NCBI GenBank assembly: GCA_965218795.1
Contig: OZ244653.1
Location: 480,001-544,000 of the forward strand
Direction of reading: 5' to 3'
Length of the DNA stretch: 64,000 bases
Source: a bacterium
Lineage (GTDB): Bacteria > UBA8248 > JACPRG01 > G963555815
Part shown: piece by piece, positions 1 to 10,900 of the stretch
Numbering within the stretch: the stretch's first letter is position 1
Layout: each line of letters starts with the position of its first letter
Position numbers and translations under genes: made by a program
The notes under the pieces: model-generated
The model's database searches: none
The model's input: the letters and a program-made list of their open reading frames with translations, nothing else
Told to the model about the DNA's origin: nothing

Positions 1-851
1 AGCGGATCAATGCCGCGGCGCTCCAGCCCGCCATAGACCTGGGCGTAGGCATAACCGGCATCGGCCGTCACCGTCGCGATCTCGCGTCCGGCGATCTCCC
101 GAACCTCATCCACCTGAGCCTCGATCGTCTCGCGCTCGTTCATCGCTCCCGTCGTCACAGAAACGTCCAGCACCACGCCTCTCACGTCGTCCACCGCCGT
201 GTGCTGCTTGTAGCACGGCTCGAGCCGCCGGTTGCACGCCGAGGTCGCCAGGCTCGCGTCCGCATCGGTGCGGCTCACCTTCCTGGACTTGCCGCGCCGA
301 CCGCCTCTGTTCTTCTCCCCTTCAACCTCCTCCTCCCCGCGGTTCTCCGTCATCACCTCATCCACATGCCGCTCCACCAGGCTCTCCCAGCTGACATCGG
401 CGCGGACCAGCGAGGCATCGATGTGCACAACCTCGGCCGTGGCGACCTTCGCCTCCAGGCAGGCCCTCACCGTGCGCTGGAATATCTCCCGGAACCGCCT
501 CTCGCCCCAGCGCTGGCGGATCCGGGTCAGGCTCGAATGGTCGGGCAGACGCTCGTGCAAGCCATAGCCGATGAACCACCGGATCGCGATGTTCACCTGC
601 GCTTCCCGCATCAGCCTGCGGTCGTGCACGATGCCCAGCAGCAGGCCGGCGAGCATCAACCGCACCGCCACCTCCGGATCGATACCGGGCCGGCCGTTGT
701 CCGGGCAATAGCAGTCCGCCACTTCCTCACGCAGCCAGCCCAGGTCGAGAACACGGTCCACACGCGCCAGGACGTGATCCTCGGGCACCAGCTGCTCAAG
801 CGAACCGGTGATGAACAACGTCAACTGATCCCGCCCCTTCCGTCCCAACAT
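1..851 (-). CDS. IS1182-family DDE transposase (3' end outside window)
   Basis: Manual translation from ATG at 851: MLGRKGRDQLTLFITGSLEQLVPEDHVLARVD...GRPGIDPEVAVRLML...LPDHSSLTRIRQR...HIDASLVRA...TADAGY. Confidence 0.88.
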   Translation of the reverse strand, partial: MLGRKGRDQLTLFITGSLEQLVPEDHVLARVDRVLDLGWLREEVADCYCPDNGRPGIDPEVAVRLMLAGLLLGIVHDRRLMREAQVNIAIRWFIGYGLHERLPDHSSLTRIRQRWGERRFREIFQRTVRACLEAKVATAEVVHIDASLVRADVSWESLVERHVDEVMTENRGEEEVEGEKNRGGRRGKSRKVSRTDADASLATSACNRRLEPCYKQHTAVDDVRGVVLDVSVTTGAMNERETIEAQVDEVREIAGREIATVTADAGYAYAQVYGGLERRGIDP

Positions 852-924
852 CTCCTGGCCTCCCAAAATCGAACACTAGATATCGATACAGAGAAGCACG
901 AAGGCCGAGCTTTTTCAACACCCC
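1..924 (-). mobile_element. IS1182-family insertion sequence (runs off left edge), inserted in an integrase gene
   Basis: Transposase ORF on the minus strand. Terminal sequence reads GGGGTGTTGAAAAAG inward from ~924 and abuts an integrase C-terminal fragment. Confidence 0.8.
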
Positions 925-925
925 C

Positions 926-1078
926 ATGATCGGAAAGCTGTTGGGCCACACGCAGGTCGAGACCACGGCCCAGTATGCCCATCTGGCGCGCGATTCGGTG
1001 CAGGAGGCCGCGGTCCGTATCGCCGACAGTATCGCGACTGACATTCTGGGCGAAGGCTGGAGGCTGGCTTCCGGATAA
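926..1078 (+). pseudogene. C-terminal part of a tyrosine recombinase/integrase cut off by IS1182
   Basis: MIGKLLGHTQVETTAQYAHLARDSVQEAAVRIADSIA...*: box II LGH...T..Y motif with the catalytic Tyr. Confidence 0.85.
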
Positions 1079-1279
1079 AACCCGGCGCATGCCTGACAGG
1101 AGCCCGCATGGTCGGGCTGGATATCACTGCTCGCGCAGGGACCGCGAGTAAGAGTCCGGCAGCGCCTTTGTGAGATAGCTGAGCGGCGAGCACGTCCGGC
1201 TCGATGGAGTTACCCCGCATCCGGGGGGAGCGCAGGTTCTCGGGAGCGGCGGCAAACGTGCTAGGACATGTCATTCAGT

Positions 1280-1324
1280 CTCATAACCTGAAGGTTACAG
1301 GTTCAAATCCTGCCCCCGCAACCA
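1280..1324 (+). other. 3' half of tRNA-Met(CAT), probable att-site duplication, not a full tRNA
   Basis: CTCATAACCTGAAGGTTACAGGTTCAAATCCTGCCCCCGCAACCA has the anticodon loop, T-arm and CCA end, but no 5' acceptor/D-arm upstream. It lies ~200 bp after the integrase end. Confidence 0.8.
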
Positions 1325-1325
1325 T

Positions 1326-1367
1326 AAAAACCCCGCTATTCCAATATGATAGCGGGGTTTCTCTTTT
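1326..1367 (+). terminator. Intrinsic terminator-like hairpin after the att/tRNA fragment
   Basis: AAACCCCGCTAT-N9-ATAGCGGGGTTT followed by CTCTTTT. Confidence 0.7.
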
Positions 1368-1525
1368 CTGGACCCGTTATCCATTCTTCAAATGTAAGCA
1401 TTCCGTAAGCGGAATCAATCTACCGTGTGGCTCGGCTGCGATCCCGCGTGGCACCGCCGTTCCGTGTAACCGATCAACAACGTGGGGTTTAACGACGATC
1501 CCGCGATCGCGTTCCCGAAGCCGAG

Positions 1526-2190
1526 TTACCCGTCCCGACCCAGCGCGGCGTCGCGCACGGCCTGTTCGAGGGCGCGGAACGGCTCCAGGTCCTCGGCCGA
1601 GCGCCGGGCGAGGAAGCCGGTGCGGTAGCGGAAGCGGCCGAAGTCGAGCGGCAGGGCCCGGAGCGGCGTTCCGGGCAGCCGGTCGAGCAGTTCGAGCGGC
1701 AGCCAGGCGAGCCACGGGCCGTCGGCCAGCAGCGTGAGGCCAGCCGAGCCCGCGCGGACCACGGCGCGCACCGGCCGGCCGGTCAGCTCGCGGAGTTCGT
1801 CGAGGACGGCGGCCAGGGACGGACGGTCGGCACCAGCGTCGGCTGCGGTCGGCCCGTCGAAGTCGATCCAGGGCCAGCCGGCGAGGTCGCGGGGCTCCGG
1901 CCCGGCAGTATGGAGCGGATGGCCGCGGGCGGCGACGATGCCGGCGGTCACGTCGAGGAAGGGTTCGCGTCGGAGGTGCGGCGGCAGGGCCTCGCCGGTG
2001 TCGAGGCCGCCGCAATGCAGGTCGCACGCGCCGTCGGCGAGCCGCCGCACGCCGTCGCGCCAGGAGGCGGTGCGGAGCCCGAGCTCGATCTCGGGGAAGG
2101 CGGCGTGGAACGCCTGGACGGCGGGCGCGACCACGGCCTGCATCCAGAGCGGCGCCGCGGCCACCGCCTCCTCGCCGTCCTCGATGTCGC
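1526..2190 (-). pseudogene. LysR-type regulator substrate-binding domain, HTH end deleted
   Basis: ...AVQAFHAAFPEIELGL...LADGACDLHCG...IVAARGHPL...DLAGWPWI...; the 5' end is replaced by a relaxase fragment. Confidence 0.75.
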
Positions 2191-3575
2191 GCACCGTCCC
2201 GGCCGCGACCTCACCTTCTCCGCCCCCAAGTCGGTCTCCATCGCCGCGCTGGTGGGCGGCGACAGGCGCATCGTCGAGGCGCACGACCGCGCGGTGGCGG
2301 CCACGCTCGCCTGGGTCGAGAAGAACGCCGCCGAGACCCGGATGAAGGATCCGGACACGGGGAAGATTGCGCGGGTCGCCGAGACGGCAGGGAAAACGGC
2401 CCTGCCGGAACGGGAAGCGGCGGCTGAAGTGGCACCCGGAGGTGGCGGGAATCCGGGTTCGACGGCGCCGGCGCGAGCGGACCTCGGCGAGCGGCTGGCA
2501 GGTCCAGGCGCACCTCAACAAGGGACCGCTCACGGCCGGACAGAAGGACGCGGTGAAGTTGATCCTGTCGGCGAAGGACGCGAAGCAGCTCGACGCGGTG
2601 GATGCCGGCAAGCCCTTCGCCCAGCTCCAGGCCGCCGGCATGCAGACCGCCACGATGGACGAGATCATGCGCCAGCGCGATCCGGAGCTGAAACAGGCGG
2701 TCGAGGCGAGCCTCAAGGGCGACATAGAAAAGGCGTTCGAGAAGCTCGGGGGCAACGTCGCGGAAGTCAAACCCGACAACATCGCGGGCGCGGTCGCCGC
2801 CCGCTGGCTCCGGCTTGACGAGGAAGCGCGCGCGAACACCGGCGTGATGGCGCCCTCCCACGAGCTCCGCCAGGCGATCAACGGCCATATCCGTGAGCGG
2901 CTGGCTCGCGAGGGCCGCATCCACGGGCCTGCCATGGCGTCGGAAAGGCTGGTCTCCCGTGGCTACACCAACGCGGAGAAGGCCCTCGCCGGCAACTACG
3001 CCGTGGGCGACGTGGTGGCCTTCCACCGGCCCTACAAGCGGATCGGCGTCGAAAAGGGTGACGAGCGGCGTGTCATGGGGGTCGACCACAAGGCCCGTGC
3101 GGTGATGCTCGACGACGGCAAGGGCGGCCGGGTCGCCTGGAAACCCGAGGAGATCGGCGGGCGAAGGGGCGGCAGCGAGGTCTACCGGGCCGAGGAGATC
3201 GAGCTCCGCGCCGGCGACCGCATCCGCTGGACCTGCAACGATGCCGGTCTCGGGCTGGTCAACAGCCGCACCGCCGAGGTTCTCAGGGTCGCGAACGGAA
3301 GGGTGACGTTCCGCCTGGAGGACGGGAAGATGCTGGAGTTCGGCGCGGGCGACCCGCAGCTCCGCCATCTCGACCATGCCTGGGCGTCGACCGTGCACGC
3401 CTTCCAGGGCCGCACGGTGGAAAACGTGATCGCCGCCATGGAAGCCCGGCACCCCCATCTCACCACCCAGAAGAGCTTCTATGTCGAGATCAGCCGCGCG
3501 CGCGACCGCGCCGAGCTGGTCACTGACGACGCGGCCGAACTCCGCGCCCAGCTCCAGGCCGTCACCGGCGAGGGC
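2191..3575 (+). pseudogene. traI: Internally deleted second copy of MobF relaxase/helicase
   Basis: HRPGRDLTFSAPKSVS..., QAHLNKGPLTAGQKDAVKLILS, KQLDAVDAGKPF...HAWASTVHAFQG...SRARDRAELVTDD closely match the intact gene at 37683-40601, with large blocks missing. Confidence 0.9.
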
Positions 3576-3854
3576 CTCGGGAAGGACCGCGCGGGCGCGG
3601 CAAAGGGGGAATGGACCTTGGATTGTGACGTCGCCGCCATGCCGGCCGATGTCCGAAGAGGGGCTGAGCGAAGGACGCGAAGAGGAGCTCGAAAAGCTCG
3701 TCGGCGAGGCCCGCACCTTCCAGGAATCGCTCGTCCGGAACGCCTCCGACTGAGCGCAACCCCGCCCCATAGGGGCGCATTCGAGCCGGGCGGGCGAAAC
3801 TCGTATGAGTTTCGCGCGAGTTTCAGGCGAAACACGCCGAACACAATCCAACTC

Positions 3855-4223
3855 GCCGCACTTGCGCTCCAGGAAGATCTGGTAAAGGGCCGCCTGCACC
3901 ATCGGGACCGCGGACGGCAGCTCTTCCAGGTTGATGAGCCACAAGCCGGGATCGTCCGATGGCGGCAGGAAGACCGGCGGCGCCCAGCGCGTGCGGTCGG
4001 CGCTGTCGCGCCACGGGATGCCGCGCAGGTCCACGGGGTCGAGCAGGAGCGCGCGGACGTCGACATACTGGCGGTTGGCGGCGGCCGCGACCTGCCGGGC
4101 GATCATCGACTTGGCCGCCCCGGGTGGCCCCCAGACCATGGTCGGCTGGCGGGCCTCGACCAGGAGGGCGAGCTCGCTCGGGCGTAGCGTGTAGTCGGCG
4201 GAGATGGTCTCGGGAAGGGTCAT
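3855..4223 (-). pseudogene. Truncated MoxR/AAA_5-like ATPase (N-terminal part)
   Basis: MVWGPPGAAKS Walker A-like, VDVRALLLDPVDLRGIP, INLEELPSA Walker B-like; similarity stops after ERKCGE. Confidence 0.75.
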
Positions 4224-4282
4224 GGGCGTGCTCCGGAATCGCGGGGAGGCGGCGCGGGCCACCCCCTCCGGGCACCCGGCCT

Positions 4283-5169
4283 TCACCGGGACCCCTGCGC
4301 CGCTCCACTCCTCGGACACGGAGGCTTGAGGCTGCTGCGCCGTGCGAGGGGCCGCCGCGTCGGTGCCGGCCGGGATCGGGTGCGGCCGAGACCCATCGCG
4401 TCCTCGCCGTCGCCGGACTCGGACGGGGAAACGCCCGTGAGTTGCGGCAGGGTGTGGCCGATGCGGCGCTCGATCTCCACGTAGCGCCGGTAGAGCTCAG
4501 GGCGGAGCTCGGCCGCCCGGCGCAGGTCCTCGGGCGAGGAGAAAATGCAGAAGGAGCAGCTGCATCGCGACAGATGGCGGTAGATCCAGTGTGGGGACTG
4601 GCCCGCGGCGCGGATGACGCGGAACACGTCCTCGGTCGAAAGATCGAAGATTGGCATCCAGTCGAAGACCTCGCGCCCGGCGGCGCTCAGGCGCTCGTTG
4701 CGCCGCCAGGGATCGCGCCTGGCGCGGGCGGCGCTTTCGTCGCGGCGGATGCCGAGGCAGTTGATGAGCCGGCCGCCTAAGCGCGGGTTGGCTTTAGGTA
4801 GCGGCGCAGCTCGCGTTCGATGGGCCCCCGCTTATGCTCGGCGGTACACCAGCGCTGACGAATTCCGGGGAACTTGCCGCGCTCTTCCACATGGTCGAGC
4901 AGTGACTTGCCGGACGAAACCGGCGCCATGACGAGCGGCACGCCCTCGGGCAGCGTTGCCTCGATATGCTCGATCGTGCCCGGCCATTCGACCTCGCGGA
5001 GCGGCGCGTGAACCGCCACGAGCTGGGCGCGCGGAACGATGCGGGACAGCAGGATCGTCATGGCCTGGCTGTCCTTGCCGCCGCTGGTATTGACGGCGAC
5101 GAGAGCGCCGGCGCGGATCATCTCGCGGCACCGGGGCGGCACGGGAAGGTCGGCAAGAGGGTCGGACAT
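4283..5169 (-). pseudogene. PAPS-reductase-family (PP-loop) protein, frameshifted near 4790
   Basis: VNTSGGKDSQA PP-loop and RWCT..HK..PI in one frame; CLGIRRDES..R, W.PIFD, SRCSCSFC in another. Confidence 0.8.
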
Positions 5170-5587
5170 GGATGGGTCTCCCCGGCGGTGGCGCGGGGAC
5201 CGCTCCGCGGCCCCCACGAATCGCCCGAAGGACGCCGGCCTCGAACGCCTGAAGCTGCGTCGCGAGGCCTGACAGTGCGAAACGCCGGAGGAGGCACACG
5301 GGCAGGAAGGGGCGGAATTGCCGCTGCCGGGATCCAAAAGGCGGGGGGTTCGTGCTAACCTTGGTCGTCGGCCTCGGCTATGGTCTGTCGGGCGAGCCGG
5401 GCGTTCGGAGAACGCGACAACGCAGGGAGAGAACGGGTGAACAAATCGGACATCGCCGGTCGCGTGGCCGGCAAGCCATTGAGGGATGCCGTGAACGCGG
5501 GAAGCGCGTCGTAGGTCCGGCGCGCCCGGCGCCCGACCGCCGGTCCCGATCCAGGTCGCGTGTCGCGAAACGAGAGAGAGCCCACCG

Positions 5588-6496
5588 ATGCCCGAGGAAG
5601 CGCCCGATTGGCAGGTTCATCTCGCAAGCGGCTACGACGGCGCGATGACCGCACGGTGCGACCGGCTTCTGGGCGAGATCGTCGCGGATCCCGGTCGCCG
5701 GAAGAGCATCCTGGCCGATCCGCGGGAATTGCACCGGGAACTGTTCGCCAGTTTCACGCCAGCCGCTCATCCGGAATATGCCGGCACTTACCGGGGCACG
5801 CCCGACACGGCGCTCGCCGATGTGCGGATGTCGGCCGGGAGCCAGATCGATCCCGAGGTGGTGTACGAATTCTGCCCGCCCCGCGAAGTGCCCTGGCTTA
5901 TGACGGAACTGCGGGTGAACACCCGTTCACTGCTCAATGTGCCCGATCAGGACGACTACGACAAGCTGATCGCTCTCGCCTACACCTTTTGCCGGTTCGG
6001 GAAGATTCATCCCTTCATCGATGGCAACGGTCCTGTTCAACGTGCGGTTTTCGCGGTTATGGCGACGGAGTTCGACTTTCCGCTGTCGCCGCGCTTCGCG
6101 ATTCATCCGCGGCCCTTCGACCGCCTGCTTGCGGCTGCCCTGGAACTCTTCGGGCGGGCGCCGGCAGACGAGGAACAGGAAGAGCTCGGCCTTGTCGCCG
6201 TACATTTCGTGAAGGCGCCCGCGCGAACTGGTCAAGACCTGGCGGCGAGAGAGAAATCCCGGTCTCGCACGCCGTCATTGACAGCGATGAACCGCAGGGA
6301 CGCCACAGCGAAGGAGCGCGCCGTCGAACGGGTTGGGAGCAAACGAGAGACCAAGGATGGGTCGTCCCGGTCTGCCCGCTGTGGTGATTCGCCGACATCG
6401 GGAACGGTACAGCGTCGTGGCCAGGCGGCAGGTCTCGAGCTCGGGGGGCTTCCGGAGGCGCGCATTCCTATCGCGTTGACGAGGCGGCCGTGGTGA
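5588..6496 (+). CDS. Fic-domain protein (C-terminal ~90 aa may be read-through after a deletion)
   Basis: YAGTYRG flap and IHPFIDGNGPVQR Fic-like motif. Confidence 0.75.
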   Translation: MPEEAPDWQVHLASGYDGAMTARCDRLLGEIVADPGRRKSILADPRELHRELFASFTPAAHPEYAGTYRGTPDTALADVRMSAGSQIDPEVVYEFCPPREVPWLMTELRVNTRSLLNVPDQDDYDKLIALAYTFCRFGKIHPFIDGNGPVQRAVFAVMATEFDFPLSPRFAIHPRPFDRLLAAALELFGRAPADEEQEELGLVAVHFVKAPARTGQDLAAREKSRSRTPSLTAMNRRDATAKERAVERVGSKRETKDGSSRSARCGDSPTSGTVQRRGQAAGLELGGLPEARIPIALTRRPW

Positions 6497-6627
6497 CGGT
6501 GAAGAAATTTGAGAAGGTGGCGAATTTCGCGTTCGATGGGCGTGGGCTTCATGTCGCTGGTACAGTACCGTCGAGCTGAGTAGCGAAACCGTGACGGTGT
6601 TGACCCCTCGATCGATCGTCTGCGCGA

Positions 6628-7746
6628 TTGGTGACGGATATCGTCCGGCGGTGCACCACACTGGTGGGTGATCCCACGAAGGAGACCGGGATTTTGGGCG
6701 GACACGACCAAATTCAAGGCACCGTGCCGAGTGGTGAGCGTTACTCCAGGATCGCGCCCTTGGACGTCGACACTGAAACGCGCCTAGCGCTTCAGGCGCG
6801 ACAGTTTTTTTCGCCCATGTTCCAGGTTGAGGCGCGCAAGCCCTCACCAGGGCAACCACTGACACCGGCGTCGGGCAAGGACTTCCTGGATTACCTGGGG
6901 GAGTGCAAATCTGTACCCGATGAACCCGACAGGTACCTTCATCAAATACGTGGGTTGCTGGACCGCATGGTCGAAAACGACCTCCTCGTCGAAATGGGCG
7001 TAGGTGGGGGTGGTAATTTTGTCATGCTCCCGAAGAGCTACTACGCGTTCAGCGAGCTATCGAAGCTAAGAGAGCGCGGAGTCCTCTGGTTGGCGAAGAC
7101 TCTCGGGGGGCGGTTCGTTCATCGTCACGTTTCGCCCGCCATCGTGCATGTCGTCGGTGAGAACGATGAAGGCGAGGGGAGCGGCATTGTCTTCGATGCA
7201 CATCACGTCCTCACGTGTCGCCATGTGGTTTCTCGCATGAAACTCGCCTCCGGGCAGGTGTTCCAAGGAAGGACGGTGACCGTCGAAGAAGTCTTCCAGC
7301 ATGGAACCGAGGACGTGGCGGTCATCCGGATCAAGAAGTCGCTGATGACCGTTCCCGGTCTCGGATTTGTCGCTCCGATGGTGTCGCAGAAGGTCTACAG
7401 GTTCGGATACTCGAGGGTTCCGTGCTCTATCCCATCGAGCACGGGGGCTTCTCCCTTGGTCATGCAAAGCGGAGAAGTGACCAATGATTCAGTCTTCGTG
7501 TTCGGTGGTATGGAGCTGTTCCTCTATTCCGCGATATCCAGGCCCGGCGACAGTGGCGGCGCGGTTGTTTCAGACGACGGCTATGTCGTGGGAATGACGA
7601 CGGAACTGTCGGATTCCAGGGTGCACACGATGGAGGGTGAGGACGTCTTTTCGCCGCACTACGCCGGAATTCCCTCGCATGTTCTCGCGGGGGCGGTCGA
7701 TGATTTGAACTTGGGCGTCCAAATTCCCCTTGAGACCTACGTGTAG
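6628..7746 (+). CDS. Trypsin-like (S1) serine protease with uncharacterised N-terminal region
   Basis: GSGIVF...LTCRHVV (His), EDVAVI (Asp), PGDSGGAV (Ser). Confidence 0.85.
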   Translation: MVTDIVRRCTTLVGDPTKETGILGGHDQIQGTVPSGERYSRIAPLDVDTETRLALQARQFFSPMFQVEARKPSPGQPLTPASGKDFLDYLGECKSVPDEPDRYLHQIRGLLDRMVENDLLVEMGVGGGGNFVMLPKSYYAFSELSKLRERGVLWLAKTLGGRFVHRHVSPAIVHVVGENDEGEGSGIVFDAHHVLTCRHVVSRMKLASGQVFQGRTVTVEEVFQHGTEDVAVIRIKKSLMTVPGLGFVAPMVSQKVYRFGYSRVPCSIPSSTGASPLVMQSGEVTNDSVFVFGGMELFLYSAISRPGDSGGAVVSDDGYVVGMTTELSDSRVHTMEGEDVFSPHYAGIPSHVLAGAVDDLNLGVQIPLETYV

Positions 7747-7930
7747 ACCCTCTCGCTGAAGGTGATCTCCGCGCGATCAGCTCCAAGACGATCGCGGTCG
7801 GATCAAGAGAAGGGCCAGCGATACGATCAGAAGGGCCTCGCACTGGATCGGCGCTCTCGGCACCAATGCGGGATCGCGCGGGTTCCGGTGCGGCTGGTCG
7901 GTGCGCAAAGGGCATCGCGAAGAGGATCGA

Positions 7931-10900
7931 CTAGGTTGCCGTTGTCCCCATGACCTTGCCTGGTGGTACCGACACGTCCACGACGCAGATCGAGATCAGG
8001 TTCCGGTCTCGGTCGCAGAGCGACTGCTGGAGCCTCTGTTCCATCTCGCCGGGCGTCGTCGGACGCCAATTCCCGGATTTCGTTGGTCGGCACGCTTCCG
8101 TGTCCCCAAACCAGAACACCAGGTAAATTCCGATGCCCCCTGCGTCGGGATCGGGCGTGTAGTATGCCGTCAGTTGTTCGCTGATCGCCGTCCAAACATC
8201 GTCGTGGCAGCTTCGCTTGATTTCCACAGGGAGATTGAAGCCGGCGAAGCTCACGCGGATGTCCGCCCTCCGGTCATTGGCATAAACGCCTTCGGGTTGC
8301 GCATCGATTCCGCGCGGCGCAAGCCGGTCCTGTAGGTCGGACAGCATCGCATCCCGGCACCCATCCTCAGGTTTTGGGGCGGTGGGGCGGTTGTGCCGAT
8401 CCACGTTCCAGTACTGGCGCCAGTCCGACGTGGGCCCTTGACGGATCTTCTGCGACAGTGACGTCAGCTCGTCGAGGACTAGTGCCGCCAAGTCCCCGAC
8501 GTTGGCCGGGCTCCGGTTGTTGAGCGTCTCCACTACCTGCTGAATGGTGCAGTGACGGAACTCGTGCTCTCTGCGTCGCTGGACGTGACACAACCGCGTT
8601 TCTGCGATGCTCCCTAGCCACGGTTGTGCGTTGGGGCTGTCGGCAAGTGCCTGAAGTACGTCCGTTGCCGCAGCGCCTGTCTCGGTCGCGAGGCTCGAAA
8701 CTGCATGGGACACCGCCCTATGGGCATACTCGGGCATTTCACGCGACATCACAGTTCCTGCGAATTCGACCAGCGCCCTTACGTCGGAAGGTTCCAAGTC
8801 GCGAGCAATATCCTCTCGCGGGACACGGGCGGATGCCAGGAACATCCCGACGCTCGCAGAACACGCCTCGTCGTCAGGCAACGAACGGAAGTCATCCCGC
8901 CAATGCTGCGGGTCTGCCAAAAAGCCTGCGAATATCCAGCAAATCCTCTCATTCAGCCTGGGGCGGCCCCGATCGAGCCGGTCGCGCGCGAGACGGCTGA
9001 CCTCGGCGCGGTCGCCGTGGACGAGCGCGGAGTGAAGAGTCCAACACAACGCCCTCAATTCCGAGTCCGACTTGACCGCCGGGAATCGCTGGAGCAGCGG
9101 GACCGCTGCCGCTCTGGCCACCTTCTCGTGGTCATCCGCATACCTTAGTTCATGGAGTTCTATGGGCATCTGGACGCCGGTTTCGAGCTTCGTCACCGCG
9201 ACGTCGGACAGGATGCGGGCTACAAGCCCCGGTTGGCTCTCCAGCAGCGTTTGGAACCACTGCGGTCGGTAAATGGTGCTTGAATTGGCGCTGTCGGGGG
9301 CGACCGCTCGGGCGGGCAACGTGTAGAGAATGGTCACTGCCAGACGGGTAGAGTCTTGGGTCAGATCGCCCATCAGGAGTCGGCCCGACTGCTCCAGGCT
9401 GTGGAGTCCCGCAACGAACGGCAGCACGAGCAGATTGATCTTCTGCGTGTCGAGCGACCGGACCACCTCCTCGCAATCGGGCAGATCCATGCGTCTAGTC
9501 GTCGCCTGCATTTGCGCGAGGAGTACGTCGGCTACTTCCGGTGAACCGCCGGCGAACGCGCGAAGACGGTCCCGCGGCGTTTCGCCGGCAAATCTGTCGT
9601 CGATGCCGAGGTACGCCGTGGCAGCCAAATGCAGCTGTTGTCTGTCAACCTGTCCGGGCATCGCCATCGATGGCGGAGTGTGTGTGGGCGCTGGTTGGCT
9701 GGAGCGGTGCTCGCGCTCGTCCGGCGAGTCTGATGGCCTCTGTCCTTCGGGGCGTGATGCCGGCCCAGCTCGAGGTTCCAACATCTGGGTGAAACGGTGG
9801 AGAAGCGACTTGTCGGACGACAACGCGGCGCGCGCTTCCTCTACGGTGAGCCCGTACGCTCCCTGCCCACCGTTCAGGCAGTCGACAAGCTCGCTGAGGT
9901 AGAACGACTCGGCATCAGGTTGCCCGCTGGCCGCGAGCGCCTGATCCACACACCAGGGACCGTAGTCGAACGGACGTGCCCCGAACAGGTGACGGTCAAC
10001 CAGCCCGGTGCACTCTTCGCCACGGGCCATACACTCGTTGACGCCGTGGGCAATCAACGCCTTTAGTGTCTCCCGATTCCGCCGCAAGCCGAACTGCAGG
10101 CTGGCCATGTCCCGGTCTATCGTTTCGAATCCGCTGTCCGAGAACAGGCGGAGCCAGTTGTACAGGCGGTGAGCGTCCATGTCCCCACGGGAATCTCTTA
10201 GGAACCGGTCCAAAGTCTCGACAGGCAGCCGCGCCATTCGCGTAAACGTGCCAACCTCGCCGTGCATGAAGGACTTGAAACGATCTCTGTTCGCGGCGAC
10301 GGCGTCCAAGAGCTCAGCGAGCTGCTCGGGTGTCGACTGCCTGATGACATGTTCTGTCCAGAACCTCGAGTACTCGCCGGTGTGCTCCGTGAGGCGCGGT
10401 GCACGCAGGTACGGCAACACGTCCTGCATGGTCAGTATCCGAGGAAAGAGGTGCTTCAACAGGATTCCCAGGAGCTCGTCCCCTGGGTCTTCGACCGAGC
10501 CGCCGTCGATGTCGCGCATCAATGTGTTCAACGCGGCAGAGCTGAAGGAGCCTCGCTCCGCATAGCCGGTCAAGACATCGAGGGCTCCGGATCTGACGCT
10601 CGGATACCAAGTGCTGTCGCGCACGATCGCCTCCAACACGTCTGCCAAGGCTGGAAGCGGGTCGCCGTCCGCCAGCATTTGCACGAGCAGGAGGATGTAG
10701 CACTGGTGTACATGATCGCGTTGGTCGCCCGAGAAAATCTCTCTCAGGGTTTCCTCAAGTTCCGGCGATACGATCGCGCCGATGCCTGCCACTCTTCCGA
10801 CTGAGCGCGAAGCGTATGAGTTGTGGTCCCACTCCCGGCGGAGGTTCAGAACGATCTCGCGCTTTTCCTCCGGGGAGTAGGTGTCCCGATCGGCGGCGTG

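Noticed and set aside
1117-1235. Two segments faintly resembling type I-E CRISPR repeats (GGATATCACTGCTCGCGCAGGGACCGC; GGAGTTACCCCGCATCCGGGGGGAGCGC)
   Set aside because: Poorly similar to each other, 87 bp apart, no third copy and no cas genes in the window.
1250-1324. Complete tRNA-Met gene
   Set aside because: The 5' acceptor strand and D-arm are absent; treated as an att remnant.
2211-4319. 702-aa minus-strand ORF as a novel ATPase fusion
   Set aside because: Only ~125 aa are AAA-like; the rest is the antisense shadow of the traI fragment.
4283-5169. DndC-type phosphorothioation system
   Set aside because: PP-loop gene is short, frameshifted and has no dnd/ssp partners nearby.
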